Source: an uncultured Lentisphaerota bacterium | GTDB taxonomy: Bacteria > Verrucomicrobiota > Kiritimatiellia > CAIQIC01 | Reading direction: 5' to 3' | Assembly: GCA_903896925.1 (NCBI GenBank) | Contig: CAITZM010000081.1 | Span: 12,111-76,110, forward strand | DNA: 64,000 nt | Part shown: positions 16,164-26,608 of the stretch, piece by piece | Layout: the number at the start of each line of letters is the position of its first letter | Numbering within the stretch: position 1 is the first letter of the stretch | Made by a program: the position numbers and the translations under genes | Notes under the pieces: model-generated | Database searches by the model: none | Seen by the model: the letters and a program-made list of their open reading frames with translations, nothing else | Told to the model about the DNA's origin: nothing

Positions 16164-17552
16164 ATGAAGGAATCGTTAAAGGTCGGCGTATCGGGCGTGC
16201 GCGGCGTGGTGGGCGAGAGCTTCACCCCGCAGCTGGCGGCGACCTTTGCGCAGGCGTTCGGCGCGTTCGTCGGGCGCGGCCCGGTCGTCATCGGGCGCGA
16301 CACGCGGCCCTCCGGCACGATGCTGGAGCAGGCGGTGATCGCCGGCCTGCAGAGCGTCGGCTGCACGCCGGTGCTGCTGGGCATCGTGCCGACGCCGACG
16401 CTGCTGCTGGCGACCAAGGAGCTCGGCGCGCGCGGCGGCATCGCCATCACCGCGAGCCACAACGCCGCCGAGTGGAACGCCCTCAAGTTCGTCGACCGCA
16501 CGGGCCTGTTCCTCGACGAGACGCGCGCCGGCGAGCTCTACGACCTCTATCATCAGGGCGAATTTCCGCTGGTGCCGGAAGCCGAGCTGCCGGGCATCGC
16601 GACGCAGCAGCATGCCTTTGCGCGGCACGCGGCGCGCATCGCCAGCTATGCGGATCTCGGCGCCATCCGGGCGCGGCGCTTCAAGGTGGCGGTGGACTGC
16701 GTCAACGGCGTCGGCGCGGTCTTCACTCCGGAGTGGTTGCGCGAGGCGCTGGGGTGCGAGGTGGTGGCGCTGCACGAGCGGCCGACCGGCTTCTTCGAGC
16801 GCGGCCCGGAGCCGGTGCCGGAAAACCTGACGCGGCTCGGCGATGCGGTGCGCAGCAACGGGTGCGCGGTCGGCTTCGCGCACGATCCCGACGGCGACCG
16901 GCTGGCGCTCGTCAACGAGCGCGGCCAGCCGCTGGGCGAGGACTTCACCCTGGCGCTGGCCGCCTGGCAGGTGCTGGAACGGCACGCCCGCGGGCCGGTG
17001 GTGACGACCATCTCCACGAGCCTGTGCGTGGATGCGGTCGCCAGGAAATTCGGGCAGGAAGTCATCCGCACGAAGATCGGCGAGATCAACGTGGTGGAAA
17101 AAATGCTGCAGCTCGGCGCGCCGGTCGGCGGCGAGGGCTCCGGCGGCGTCATCGTGCCGGCGGTGCACCCGTGCCGCTGCGCCTATATCGCCATGGCGCT
17201 GATCCTGGAACTGCTCGCCGCGCAGCAGCGCGCCCTCAGCGCCGTGCGCGCCGAGATCCCGGAGTTTCACCTCGTCAAACACAAGCTGACCGTCAGCGGC
17301 GACGCCGCGCCGGAGCTGCTGCGGCGGCTGCGGCGGCGCTTCGAGGAGCGGGGTGCGCGCATCTCGCTGCTCGACGGCGTCCATGCGGCGTTTGGCGACC
17401 GCTGGCTCAGCGTGCGCCGCTCGAACACCGAGCCGGTGCTGCGCGTGACGGCCGAGGCGGCGTCGCCCGCGGAGGCCGAGGCCCTGCTGCGCGAGGCGCT
17501 CGATGACCTGGCCGCGGACCCCACTGGATTGGCAACAAGGAAACAAACATGA
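16164..17552 (+). CDS. phosphomannomutase / phosphoglucomutase / phosphoglucosamine-mutase family enzyme
   Basis: TASHNAAEWN active-site Ser motif, DPDGDR metal loop, GGEGSGG. Length 462 aa. Confidence 0.75.
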   Translation: MKESLKVGVSGVRGVVGESFTPQLAATFAQAFGAFVGRGPVVIGRDTRPSGTMLEQAVIAGLQSVGCTPVLLGIVPTPTLLLATKELGARGGIAITASHNAAEWNALKFVDRTGLFLDETRAGELYDLYHQGEFPLVPEAELPGIATQQHAFARHAARIASYADLGAIRARRFKVAVDCVNGVGAVFTPEWLREALGCEVVALHERPTGFFERGPEPVPENLTRLGDAVRSNGCAVGFAHDPDGDRLALVNERGQPLGEDFTLALAAWQVLERHARGPVVTTISTSLCVDAVARKFGQEVIRTKIGEINVVEKMLQLGAPVGGEGSGGVIVPAVHPCRCAYIAMALILELLAAQQRALSAVRAEIPEFHLVKHKLTVSGDAAPELLRRLRRRFEERGARISLLDGVHAAFGDRWLSVRRSNTEPVLRVTAEAASPAEAEALLREALDDLAADPTGLATRKQT

Positions 17553-18526
17553 AAATCAAACGCGGATGTCTGGCACTGATGGGCTTGCTGGCGGGCACGG
17601 GCGGAGCGTACGCCATGCACGCGGGCGAGGGCCTGCCGGTGATGTCGAACGGCTTCATGGCGGTCAGCGTGCAGGGCAGCATCGGGCTGGTCAACGGCAC
17701 GGCCCAGGAGACGGTCTACAGCAGCGTCGGGGGCGGGCGTTATCAGTTGAGCCAGCTCGACTGGGACATCCGCAACGTGGTCATGGTGGGGGCGGAAGTG
17801 ACCGTGGCGCTGCAGAACACCGTCTGGCTCAACGCCGGCCTCTGGGGCGCGGCGACCAAGGGCAACGGCCAGATGAACGATTGGGACTGGTTGTTGGAGG
17901 AGCCCGGTTCGCCGTGGACCGACTGGTCCTTGAGCTCGGTGGATGTGACGCGCGCGTGGCTGCTCGACCTCAACGTCAACATCGAGGTGACGCGCTTTGG
18001 CGGGCTCGGCCTGCGCGGCATCGCCGGCTACAAGTACAACACGTGGTCGTGGGAGGATCATGGGATCCAGCACATCTATTCCTCCAACCCGGCCGTCCCC
18101 GGCGGCTTCCGCAACGATGTGGCGGACGACAGTCCCAACACCGGCATCACCTACGAGCAGGACATCCACATCCCCTACGTCGGCGCGGGATTGAACTGCG
18201 TCGCCGGCCGCTGGAGCCTGGACGCCTATGCGCTCTACAGCCCCTACGTCATCGCGACCGACCATGACGAACACCTGCTTCGTCAGCTGAAATTCCAGGA
18301 GGACTTCAGCGGCGGGCAATACTTCGGCCTCGGCGTGCGGGGCACCTGCACCTTCCTGGAGCGCGGCTTTGCCACGCTCTCGCTTGATGGCCAGATCATC
18401 CCCGAGATCTACGGCGATACGACTGTCATCAACACCCGGACGGGGGCGAGCGATACCAGCACCGGCACCGCCGGTTTGAACAACCAGATCTGGATGCTCT
18501 CGCTCGGCGTCGGCGCCAAATTCTAG
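17549..18526 (+). CDS. outer-membrane beta-barrel protein, omptin (peptidase A26)-like
   Basis: Signal peptide, alternating beta-strand pattern, Asp/His pairs (DWDW, TDHDEH), C-terminal Phe. ATGA-coupled to the upstream mutase gene. Confidence 0.45.
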   Translation: MKIKRGCLALMGLLAGTGGAYAMHAGEGLPVMSNGFMAVSVQGSIGLVNGTAQETVYSSVGGGRYQLSQLDWDIRNVVMVGAEVTVALQNTVWLNAGLWGAATKGNGQMNDWDWLLEEPGSPWTDWSLSSVDVTRAWLLDLNVNIEVTRFGGLGLRGIAGYKYNTWSWEDHGIQHIYSSNPAVPGGFRNDVADDSPNTGITYEQDIHIPYVGAGLNCVAGRWSLDAYALYSPYVIATDHDEHLLRQLKFQEDFSGGQYFGLGVRGTCTFLERGFATLSLDGQIIPEIYGDTTVINTRTGASDTSTGTAGLNNQIWMLSLGVGAKF

Positions 18527-18529
18527 GCT

Positions 18530-18976
18530 TCACTTGGCACGGGTTTCGCTGATCGCCCACAGCAGGGCGTCGCGCAGGTCATCGTCCAGCGCGGCCATGC
18601 GTTGCGCCAGCTCGCGGGCGAGGCCGCGGTAGGTCTTCAGCCCGATGGCCGGATGCTGCTCCACGAGGCGCGCAAAGGCGGCGCGTGAAAATTCCAGCGC
18701 CGTGCCCTCGGTCAGCGCCACGACGCTGGCCGAGCGGGCGGGCACGCCCAGGAAACAGATTTCACCGAAGATGTCGCAGGGGCCCAGCTCGGCCAGCCGG
18801 CGGTATTGCCCGCCGCCGATGTGCTTGCGGACCTCCACGCGGCCGGCGATGACCATGAAGAAGGCGTCGCCGGTTTGGCGCTCCTCCACGATCCGCGTGC
18901 CCTGCGGATAGTGACGCGGCACGCCGGCGCGATCCACCAGGTCCAATTCCGCCTGCGTCAGTTCGTCGAAGATCAT
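18530..18976 (-). CDS. cyclic-nucleotide-binding domain protein (stand-alone cNMP domain)
   Basis: GDAFFMVIAGRVEV ... FGEICFLGVPARSASVVAL matches the cNMP-binding beta-roll. 148 aa. Confidence 0.65.
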   Translation of the reverse strand: MIFDELTQAELDLVDRAGVPRHYPQGTRIVEERQTGDAFFMVIAGRVEVRKHIGGGQYRRLAELGPCDIFGEICFLGVPARSASVVALTEGTALEFSRAAFARLVEQHPAIGLKTYRGLARELAQRMAALDDDLRDALLWAISETRAK

Positions 18977-19139
18977 CGCGTTCTCCCCAAAATGAGCCGT
19001 GTGGCGTTTTTAAAGGCGTGCGGCGTGGGGTGCAAGCCAAACTTCCTCTTTTGTGGCGGGGCCTGCCTGCCCTGCACAGGCATACGGGCGGGGCGCGCGG
19101 CCCGCCCTCAAGGGCCAAGGGCTGATATGACCGCGCCAT

Positions 19140-20495
19140 TCAGCGGCGCGGGAGACGCAGCGTGACGCTCTTGCCGTCGCGCTGGAGCTGCGAGGTGAGT
19201 TCGTAGCTGTCGCCGTCGGGGCGGCAGCTGAAGGGGGCACCTTCGCCCCACGGGTCGCGGCTGCGGGCGGCGGCGGCGGGGCCGTCGCGCATCACCTCCA
19301 GGGCCGTGCGCAGCATCAGCTCCTTTGCGCGCGCCGCATCCATGCTGGCGCGGACGCCGCCCGCGATGGGGAAGTACAGCCCCGCGATCGCGTTCTGGTT
19401 TGTCACCTGCGCGGCGACGTTCTGGGACCAGGCGGCGGCATCCTTGACCGGCGTGGCGCCGGCTTCCGCGATGGCGCCCATGAGCTCGGAGGCTTCCATC
19501 AGCTGCTGGACCAGCCGCGTCGAGTTGGTGCCGACGCCGCCGAGGACCTTTTGCGCGTCCTTGTCGCCGAGCAGCCGGAACAGCTCGCCGCGGATCAGCT
19601 TCACGTTGATGGGCTCGATGCGTTTCTCCTGCAGCAGGACCAGCGCGGCCTGTCCGTCCTTGAACAGGAGCGCCTCGCCGCGCCGCACGTCGGCGGAGAG
19701 CAGCGCGATGCCGCGCTTGCGCTGGCCGAGGCCGAGCCAGAAGCTGTCGCCGCCGTTTTCCTCCAGCCCGATCTTCAGGCCGACCGGGCCGCCCGCGGCC
19801 ACCGCGCTCAGGCGCAGGCTGGCGGCGAAGTTCGTCGCCGCCGCGCCCGCCTGCTGCTCGCGGCTGACGGCAACGAGGTGCCGCATGAACCAGTCGATGC
19901 CGAAGGCTTTCTCGGCGAGCATCGCCTGGCGGAAATCCACGCACGGCGGGATGGCGTTGAGCTGTGCGTCCAGCCGGGCGAGCAGGTCCGGCGGCAGCGC
20001 GGCGAGGTTGGCCGAGAGCGCCTCAAGCGACCGCTGCCGGATCGTGGCGTCGAACAGCCCGGAGATCAGCGGCCAGCCCTCGCCGGCGTGTCCCGCCGAG
20101 CGCAGCGCGTCCGCGTGCAGCGCGACGAACGCCGCCGGGTCGCTTTTCTTCACGCGTTCCGCCTCCCACGCGGCGACGTTCGCAAGCTGGTTGAGCGGCG
20201 CCATGTGCGGGAGCAGCGACTTGAAGCTGAGGTCCTGCTTTTCCAGGTCAATCCCCCAGTCGCAGCGCGGTGTGTTCGCGGCCTGGCGGTAAAGCGCCAG
20301 GGCCGGCGCCAGCTTGCTGCTCAAGGCGGCGGCGCTGGCGTCGGCCGCCGGCTTTTGCAACAGCTGCTCTTCCGCGGCGGTCAGCTTCGGCAGGGCCTCG
20401 AAGGCGCGGCGATAGACCTCGGCCGCGTTGGGCGTCTCGGCGGCGCGGCCGGCCGCCGCCAGCAGCAGGAGGGTCCAGAACAGGGGCGCTTTCAT
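19140..20495 (-). CDS. secreted hypothetical protein, about 450 aa
   Basis: Internal start MKAPLFWTLLLLAAAG gives a signal peptide. Long ORF. No family recognised. Confidence 0.45.
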   Translation of the reverse strand: MKAPLFWTLLLLAAAGRAAETPNAAEVYRRAFEALPKLTAAEEQLLQKPAADASAAALSSKLAPALALYRQAANTPRCDWGIDLEKQDLSFKSLLPHMAPLNQLANVAAWEAERVKKSDPAAFVALHADALRSAGHAGEGWPLISGLFDATIRQRSLEALSANLAALPPDLLARLDAQLNAIPPCVDFRQAMLAEKAFGIDWFMRHLVAVSREQQAGAAATNFAASLRLSAVAAGGPVGLKIGLEENGGDSFWLGLGQRKRGIALLSADVRRGEALLFKDGQAALVLLQEKRIEPINVKLIRGELFRLLGDKDAQKVLGGVGTNSTRLVQQLMEASELMGAIAEAGATPVKDAAAWSQNVAAQVTNQNAIAGLYFPIAGGVRASMDAARAKELMLRTALEVMRDGPAAAARSRDPWGEGAPFSCRPDGDSYELTSQLQRDGKSVTLRLPRR

Positions 20496-20704
20496 CCCCC
20501 TATATTCCAAGCCTTGGGCGCGCTTGGCCAGCTTTTTCCATGGTCTGGAAAAGGTCGGGGCCGTTGTCCTGGAGCTGTGCAAACCGCAGGCCCCGGTGGT
20601 GCCCAAGGCGGGGCCGCCCCGGAAAAGCGCGGCTGGCGGAGGGCTTTTCTCTGCCTCGACAGCGGCAGGGGGTTCCGCTATCGTTCCGGCCTTCGAGAGC
20701 AGCC

Positions 20705-21820
20705 ATGAGCAAGAATATCCATGAGTTGGCGCACCCGTGGGTGCGGTCGTTGACCGTTTATGAGCCGGGCCGGCCCATCGAGGAGGTCGCGCGCGAGCTG
20801 GGCTTTGCCGACGCGGAGGAGATCATCAAGCTGGCCTCCAACGAGAACGCGATCGGCCCCGCGCCCAAGGCCGTCGCGGCGATGCGCCGCGCCGTCCGGC
20901 AGATGCACCTCTATCCCGATGGCGGCGCGTTCTACCTGCGCCGCGCGCTGGCCAAGAAGCTCGGCGTCGAGATGGACCAGATCATGGTCGGCCACGGCAG
21001 CAACGAGATCCTCGCGCTGCTGGGCCAGGCCTTCCTCGGGCCGGACACCGAAATCGTCATGGCGCAGGGCGCGTTCATCGTCTACCGCCTTGTCGCCGAC
21101 GCGTTCCGCGCGCGGACGATCGCGGTGCCGATGCAGCAGTTCACGCACGACCTCGAGGCGATGCTGGCGGCGATCACGCCGCAGACCAAGCTGGTGTTCA
21201 TCGCCAACCCGAACAACCCGACCGGGACCGTGGTGGACAACGCTGCGCTCGAACGCTTTATGGACCAGGTTCCGCCGCATGTGGCGGTGGTGCTCGACGA
21301 GGCGTATATCGAGCTGCTGCCGCCCGCGCGGCAGCCGGACACGCTGCGCTATGTCCGCGAGGGCCGGCATGTCTTTGTGTTGCGCACCTTTTCCAAGACC
21401 TATGGCCTGGCCGGGCTGCGCGTCGGCTATGCCGTCGGGCCGCGCGCGGGGGTGGAACTGCTCAACAAGGTCCGGCAGCCGTTCAACGTGAATGCGATGG
21501 CGCTGGCCGCGGCCGAGGCCGCGCTGGCCGACGAGGCGCATGTGGCGCGCACGCGGCGGATGGTGGCCGCCGGCCTGCGGCAGCTCGAGCGCGGCTGCGC
21601 CAGGCTCGGCCTGGCGTTCGTGCCCTCGGTGGTGAATTTCATGCTCGTCAAAGTCGGGCGCGGCCGCCAGGTCTGCAAGGCGCTCGAGCGCGAGAAGGTG
21701 ATTGTGCGGCCGGTGGACGGCTACGGGCTGCCGGAATACATCCGTGTCACGGTGGGCACGCGCGCCGAGAACACGCACTTTTTGAAGGCGCTGGAGAAAG
21801 TAATGAAAGAGAATGGTTGA
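20705..21820 (+). CDS. hisC: histidinol-phosphate aminotransferase
   Basis: Class II aminotransferase pattern: NENAIGP, the PLP-lysine context FSKTYGLAGLRVGY, YPD, NPNNPTG. Confidence 0.8.
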   Translation: MSKNIHELAHPWVRSLTVYEPGRPIEEVARELGFADAEEIIKLASNENAIGPAPKAVAAMRRAVRQMHLYPDGGAFYLRRALAKKLGVEMDQIMVGHGSNEILALLGQAFLGPDTEIVMAQGAFIVYRLVADAFRARTIAVPMQQFTHDLEAMLAAITPQTKLVFIANPNNPTGTVVDNAALERFMDQVPPHVAVVLDEAYIELLPPARQPDTLRYVREGRHVFVLRTFSKTYGLAGLRVGYAVGPRAGVELLNKVRQPFNVNAMALAAAEAALADEAHVARTRRMVAAGLRQLERGCARLGLAFVPSVVNFMLVKVGRGRQVCKALEREKVIVRPVDGYGLPEYIRVTVGTRAENTHFLKALEKVMKENG

Positions 21821-21917
21821 TGGAGGATGGTGCATGGCGGATGGAAAGCGTCACAAGCGCGATCCATCATCCATCCGCCATACACCCTCAACCATGCACC
21901 CTTAACCCTTGGTGTTT

Positions 21918-22958
21918 ATGATTATTGTCCTGAAGAAGTCGGCGACCGAGAAAGATGCCCAGCACATCGTGGAGGCGGCGCGGGCGTGGGGTCTGAAGAC
22001 CAACGTCAGCCGCGGCGTCGAGCGCACGATCATCGGGCTGATCGGCGACGAGCGGATCATCCACGGCAAGCCGCTCGACATGTTGCCGGGCGTCGAGTCC
22101 GTGCTGGCCGTGCTCAAGCCCTACAAGCTGGCGGCGGCGGAGGGCCGGCCCGAAGGCACGCGCATCAAGCTGGCGCCGGTCAAGAAGGGCGGCCGCACGG
22201 TCGTCATCGGCGGGCCGGAAGTGATCGTCATGGCCGGGCCGTGCTCGATCGAGAGCCGCGAGATGCTGCTCGACCTGGCGCAACTGGTGAAGAAGAGCGG
22301 CGCGCACCTGCTGCGCGCCGGCGCCTTCAAGCCGCGGACCTCGCCGTACTCGTTCCAGGGCATGGGCAACGAGGGCCTGCGCCTGCTGGCCGAGGCGCGC
22401 GAGGCCGTCGGCATCCACGTGATCACCGAGGTCATGGACGTGCGCGATCTCGACGCCGTCGCCGCGGTGGCCGACGTGCTCCAGGTCGGCGCGCGCAACA
22501 TGCAGAATTTCACGCTGCTCAAGGCGATCGGCAAGCTGCACAAGCCGGTGATGATCAAGCGCGGGCTGGCCAACACGATGGAAGAGCTGCTGATGAGCGC
22601 GGAGTACGTGATGAGCGAGGGCAACCACGAGGTGCTGCTCTGCGAGCGCGGCATCCGCACGTTCGAGACGATGACGCGCAACACGCTCGACCTCGCCGCC
22701 GTGCCGGTGCTCCAGCGCGAGAGCCACCTGCCGGTGATCGTGGACCCGAGCCACGGCACGGGCCACTGGGATCTCGTCGTGCCGATGGCGCGTGCCGCGG
22801 TCGCGGCCGGCGCCGATGGCATCATGGTGGAAATCCACCCGAAGCCGGCGGAGGCCATGTCCGACGGCTCGCAGGCGCTGCTGCCGAAAACCTATTTGAA
22901 GATGATGAAGGAACTCGACCGCGTCGCGCGGGTGCTCGGGCGGAAAGTGACCAGGTGA
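21918..22958 (+). CDS. 3-deoxy-7-phosphoheptulonate (DAHP) synthase, type I-beta with N-terminal regulatory domain
   Basis: KdsA/AroG I-beta core ([37 protein letters not shown]) preceded by an approximately 70-aa ferredoxin-like domain. Confidence 0.8.
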   Translation: MIIVLKKSATEKDAQHIVEAARAWGLKTNVSRGVERTIIGLIGDERIIHGKPLDMLPGVESVLAVLKPYKLAAAEGRPEGTRIKLAPVKKGGRTVVIGGPEVIVMAGPCSIESREMLLDLAQLVKKSGAHLLRAGAFKPRTSPYSFQGMGNEGLRLLAEAREAVGIHVITEVMDVRDLDAVAAVADVLQVGARNMQNFTLLKAIGKLHKPVMIKRGLANTMEELLMSAEYVMSEGNHEVLLCERGIRTFETMTRNTLDLAAVPVLQRESHLPVIVDPSHGTGHWDLVVPMARAAVAAGADGIMVEIHPKPAEAMSDGSQALLPKTYLKMMKELDRVARVLGRKVTR

Positions 22959-22986
22959 AGGGCTCCCTGGTACAGCTTAACCCTCA

Positions 22987-23874
22987 TTGAGAGTGCTGAT
23001 GGACAAGGTTGCCATACTGGGATTGGGCCTGATGGGCGGTGCGCTGGGGCTGGCGCTGAAGGCGCGCGGCGGCGTCACGGTGGCGGGCTATGCGCGGCGC
23101 GAGGCGACGCGCGCGGACGCCGTGCGGCTCCAGGCGGTGGACGCCGTGTTTGCCGACCCGGCCGAGGCCGTGCGCGGCGCGGACCTCGTGGTCCTGTGCG
23201 TGCCGGTTTTTTCGATGCAGGCGCTGGCGGCCGCGTGTCGCGCCGGGCTCCAGCCCGGCTGTCTCGTCACGGACGTGGGCAGCACGAAGGCTTTGCTGAC
23301 CGAACAAATCCGGCTATCGTTGCACGGCTCCGGGGCGGTCTTCGTCGGCAGCCATCCGATTGCGGGTTCCGAACAGCAGGGGTTGGAGGCGGCGCGGGGC
23401 GACCTGTATGCGGACGCCGTGACGATCGTGACGCGCGACGGCAGCGAGCCGCCGGCGGCCGTCGACAAGCTGTGTGCGTTCTGGCGCGGCGTCGGCGCGG
23501 TGGTGCGCGTGATGACGCCGGCGGACCACGACCGGATCATGGCGCGGACGAGCCACCTGCCGCACGTGGCGGCGGCGCTGGTCGCGGCGACGGTCGGGCG
23601 CGCGAACGGCACCGAGAACCTCGGCCTGTTCTGCGGGTCTGGTTTTCGCGACGTGACGCGCGTGGCGGAAGGTTCGCCGGACGTCTGGCTGGATATTTTA
23701 CAGAGCAACCGCCCGGCGGTGGCGGAAGAAGTGAAGGCGCTGCAGGTCCGGCTGGATGCCGTGCTGGCGGCGCTGGAAGGCAACGACGCCGCGGCGCTGC
23801 GCCGGTTTCTGGAAGAGAGCCGCAGCGCGCGCCGCGCGCTGCGCGACAAAAACAACGTAAGAGGTGAAGAATGA
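22987..23874 (+). CDS. tyrA: prephenate dehydrogenase
   Basis: Rossmann motif ILGLGLMGGALG and the HPIAGSE catalytic region. Sits between the DAHP synthase and aroA genes. Confidence 0.7.
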   Translation: MRVLMDKVAILGLGLMGGALGLALKARGGVTVAGYARREATRADAVRLQAVDAVFADPAEAVRGADLVVLCVPVFSMQALAAACRAGLQPGCLVTDVGSTKALLTEQIRLSLHGSGAVFVGSHPIAGSEQQGLEAARGDLYADAVTIVTRDGSEPPAAVDKLCAFWRGVGAVVRVMTPADHDRIMARTSHLPHVAAALVAATVGRANGTENLGLFCGSGFRDVTRVAEGSPDVWLDILQSNRPAVAEEVKALQVRLDAVLAALEGNDAAALRRFLEESRSARRALRDKNNVRGEE

Positions 23875-25196
23875 GCCAAGTGACCCAATCGGTGATCGTC
23901 CACCCGGCCCAGTCGTTCGGGGGACAGTTGCAGCAGCCGCCGGGCGACAAGAGCATCTCGCACCGCATCGCCATGCTGGCCGCGCTGGCGGACGGCGAAA
24001 GCGTGGTGAAAAACTTCCTCCCCAGCGAGGATTGCGTGAACACGCTGCGCGCGATGGAGGCGCTCGGGGCGCGCATCCACTCCAACGACGCCGGCGACCT
24101 CGTGATCAACGGCACCGCCGGCAAGGCGCTGGAGCCGGCGAACCCGCTCGACCTGGGCAACTCCGGCACCAGCATGCGCCTGCTCGCCGGCCTGATGGCG
24201 GGCTTCCCGATCAAGGTCGAGATGACCGGCGACGAGTCGCTGCGCTCGCGCCCGATGATCCGCATCCAGGCCCCGCTCGAACAGATGGGCGCGAAGATCG
24301 AATTGCTCGGCGCCAACAACTGCGCGCCGCTGCGCATCACCGGCGGGGGCCTCAAGGGCATCACCTATGCCCTGCCGATGGCGTCCGCCCAGGTCAAGAG
24401 CTGCGTCCTGCTCGCCACGCTCTACGCCGAGGGCACCACGGTGGTCATCGAGCCGCGCCCGACGCGCGACCACACCGAGCGCCTGCTGCAGTCGCTCGGC
24501 GTGCCGGTGACGGTGGACGGCCTGCGCATCACGCTCCAGGGCTTCGGCGCGAAGGGGCCGACGCTGCTCGCGCGCGAGTGGACCGTGCCCGGCGATTTTT
24601 CCTCGGTCGCCTTCTGGATGGTCGCCGCCGCCGCGCGGCCCGGCGCCCGCCTGACGCTCGACCACGTGGGCCTCAACCCGCGCCGCACGGCGCTGCTGGA
24701 CGTGCTCCGGCGCATGGGCGCCAAGGTCACCCTCACCCCGGAGCAGCGCCCGGACGCCGAGCCGGTCGGCACGATCGTCATCGAGGGCGTCGGCCTGCGC
24801 GCGACCGAAATCGGGGGCGACGAGATCCCGAACCTGATCGACGAGCTGCCGGTCATCGCCATCGCCGGCGCGCTGGCCGAGGGCGAGACGATCATCCGGG
24901 ACGCCGCCGAGCTGCGCGTCAAGGAATCGGACCGGATTGCCGCGATGGCCGCCAACATGCGCCTGCTCGGCGTCGACGTCGAGGAGCGCGCGGACGGCAT
25001 GTGCATCCGCGGCCCCGCCACGCTGAAGGTCGGGGGCGGCGTCCGCAGCTACGGCGACCACCGCATCGCGATGGCGATGGCCGTGCTGGCGCTGTCCGCG
25101 CCGGAGCCGGTCTGCATCAACAACGTCGGCTGCGTGCAAACCTCCTATCCCAACTTCTGGACGGACCTCAAAACCCTCGGCGGCCATGTCGAATAA
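23871..25196 (+). CDS. aroA: 3-phosphoshikimate 1-carboxyvinyltransferase (EPSP synthase)
   Basis: PGDKSISHR, LGNSGTSMRLL, RPMIR, KESDRI motifs. 441 aa. Confidence 0.85.
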   Translation: MSQVTQSVIVHPAQSFGGQLQQPPGDKSISHRIAMLAALADGESVVKNFLPSEDCVNTLRAMEALGARIHSNDAGDLVINGTAGKALEPANPLDLGNSGTSMRLLAGLMAGFPIKVEMTGDESLRSRPMIRIQAPLEQMGAKIELLGANNCAPLRITGGGLKGITYALPMASAQVKSCVLLATLYAEGTTVVIEPRPTRDHTERLLQSLGVPVTVDGLRITLQGFGAKGPTLLAREWTVPGDFSSVAFWMVAAAARPGARLTLDHVGLNPRRTALLDVLRRMGAKVTLTPEQRPDAEPVGTIVIEGVGLRATEIGGDEIPNLIDELPVIAIAGALAEGETIIRDAAELRVKESDRIAAMAANMRLLGVDVEERADGMCIRGPATLKVGGGVRSYGDHRIAMAMAVLALSAPEPVCINNVGCVQTSYPNFWTDLKTLGGHVE

Positions 25197-25878
25197 ACCG
25201 GTCACCGTGGTCGCGATCGATGGGCCCGCCGCGTCGGGCAAATCCACCGTCGCCCGCCAGACGGCGCAGGCGCTCGGCTGGGTCTATGTCGATTCCGGCG
25301 CGCTCTACCGCGGCCTGACGTGGAAGGCGCTGCGCGAGAACGTGGACACGACCCGGCCCGCGGACGTCATCGCGCTCCTCGCGCGGATCAAGTGGGACTT
25401 TTTCGATGACCAGCACTCCATCCGCTTCACGCTCGACGGCGAGGACCCCGGCCAGCAGCTCCGCTCCGAAATCGTGAGCAAGGCGGCCAGCGACATCGCC
25501 GTCGTGCCGGAGGTGCGGACCTTCATCGTCGGCGAGCTGCGCAAGATGACCGAGTTCGGGTCGCTGGTCATGGAAGGCCGCGACATCGGCTCGGTCGTGT
25601 TTCCGGACACCCCGTTCAAATTCTACCTCGACGCCAACCCCGCCGAGCGCGCGCGCCGGCGCGCGGCCGAACTCGCGCGGCCCGAGAATGAGGGCCGTGG
25701 CGACGTCGCCCAGGTGCTCTCCTTGCTGACGCAGCGCGACCAGAAGGACAGCGGTCGCAAGACCGCGCCGCTGCAGATCCCGCTCGGCGCACGCGTGATC
25801 GATTCCACGCAGCTGGGCATCGCGGACGTCGTCGCCCTGGTCCTCGGCGAACTGCGCCAGGCGGGGGCCGCGCCATGA
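25186..25878 (+). CDS. cmk: cytidylate kinase
   Basis: P-loop IDGPAASGKST, and the DSGALYR motif. Conserved aroA-cmk adjacency. Confidence 0.85.
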   Translation: MSNKPVTVVAIDGPAASGKSTVARQTAQALGWVYVDSGALYRGLTWKALRENVDTTRPADVIALLARIKWDFFDDQHSIRFTLDGEDPGQQLRSEIVSKAASDIAVVPEVRTFIVGELRKMTEFGSLVMEGRDIGSVVFPDTPFKFYLDANPAERARRRAAELARPENEGRGDVAQVLSLLTQRDQKDSGRKTAPLQIPLGARVIDSTQLGIADVVALVLGELRQAGAAP

Positions 25879-26513
25879 TGCTCAACGACCACCCCAGCCA
25901 GCGCTCCTACAACCGCTTCCGCCGCCTGTGCAAGTGTGGGCTGACGCTGTGGAACCGGTTCGCCTCGCGCGGCTCCGAGCACGTGCCCGCCGCCGGCGGC
26001 TGCGTCATCTGCGCCAACCATGCCAGCTTCCTCGATCCGCCCGTCGTCGGCGTCGGCGTCGCCCACCGCCAGGTCCGCTTCATGGCGCGCGACACCCTGT
26101 TCAAGGGGCGCTTCATGAACTGGCTGCTGCCGGCCATCGGCGTCATCGCGCTCGACCGCACACGCGGCGACATCAGCGCGCTGCGCAACGCGATCCAGAG
26201 CCTGAAGAGCGGAGCGGTCATCGGCCTGTTCCCCGAGGGCACCCGTTCGCCCGACGGCCAGTTGCAGGAGCCGAAAGGCGGCGTCGGGTTCCTGATCGCG
26301 AAGGCCGGCGTGCCGGTGGTGCCCGCCTACATCAGCGGCACCTTCCGGGCCTATCCGAAGGGCGCGCGTTTCATCCGCCCCGGCCGGGTTTCCATCACCT
26401 ACGGCCCGCCGATCACGCCCGCCGAGGTCGCCGCGCTGGCCGACCAGGACGACGGCTACACGAAGATCGCCCGGCTGATCATGGCCCGCATCGCCACGCT
26501 CAAACCGCAGTGA
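25875..26513 (+). CDS. plsC: 1-acyl-sn-glycerol-3-phosphate acyltransferase
   Basis: HxxxxD acyltransferase motif (ANHASFLD) and FPEGTRS block. Confidence 0.75.
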   Translation: MMLNDHPSQRSYNRFRRLCKCGLTLWNRFASRGSEHVPAAGGCVICANHASFLDPPVVGVGVAHRQVRFMARDTLFKGRFMNWLLPAIGVIALDRTRGDISALRNAIQSLKSGAVIGLFPEGTRSPDGQLQEPKGGVGFLIAKAGVPVVPAYISGTFRAYPKGARFIRPGRVSITYGPPITPAEVAALADQDDGYTKIARLIMARIATLKPQ

Positions 26514-26608
26514 TGGCGCCGCGGGGTGGAATTCTTGCTTGCGATGGGCCGTGAATTGCGGCACGTTTGCGCCGCCGCCTGTGGGCGGAGCCACGAAGGG
26601 ACCTTATG

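Noticed and set aside
21820-21918. Leader of the DAHP synthase gene with repeated GGATGG units (gatggaggatggtgcatggcggatgg)
   Set aside because: Could be an attenuator-like element, but no terminator/antiterminator pairing or leader peptide could be discerned. Likely simple sequence bias.
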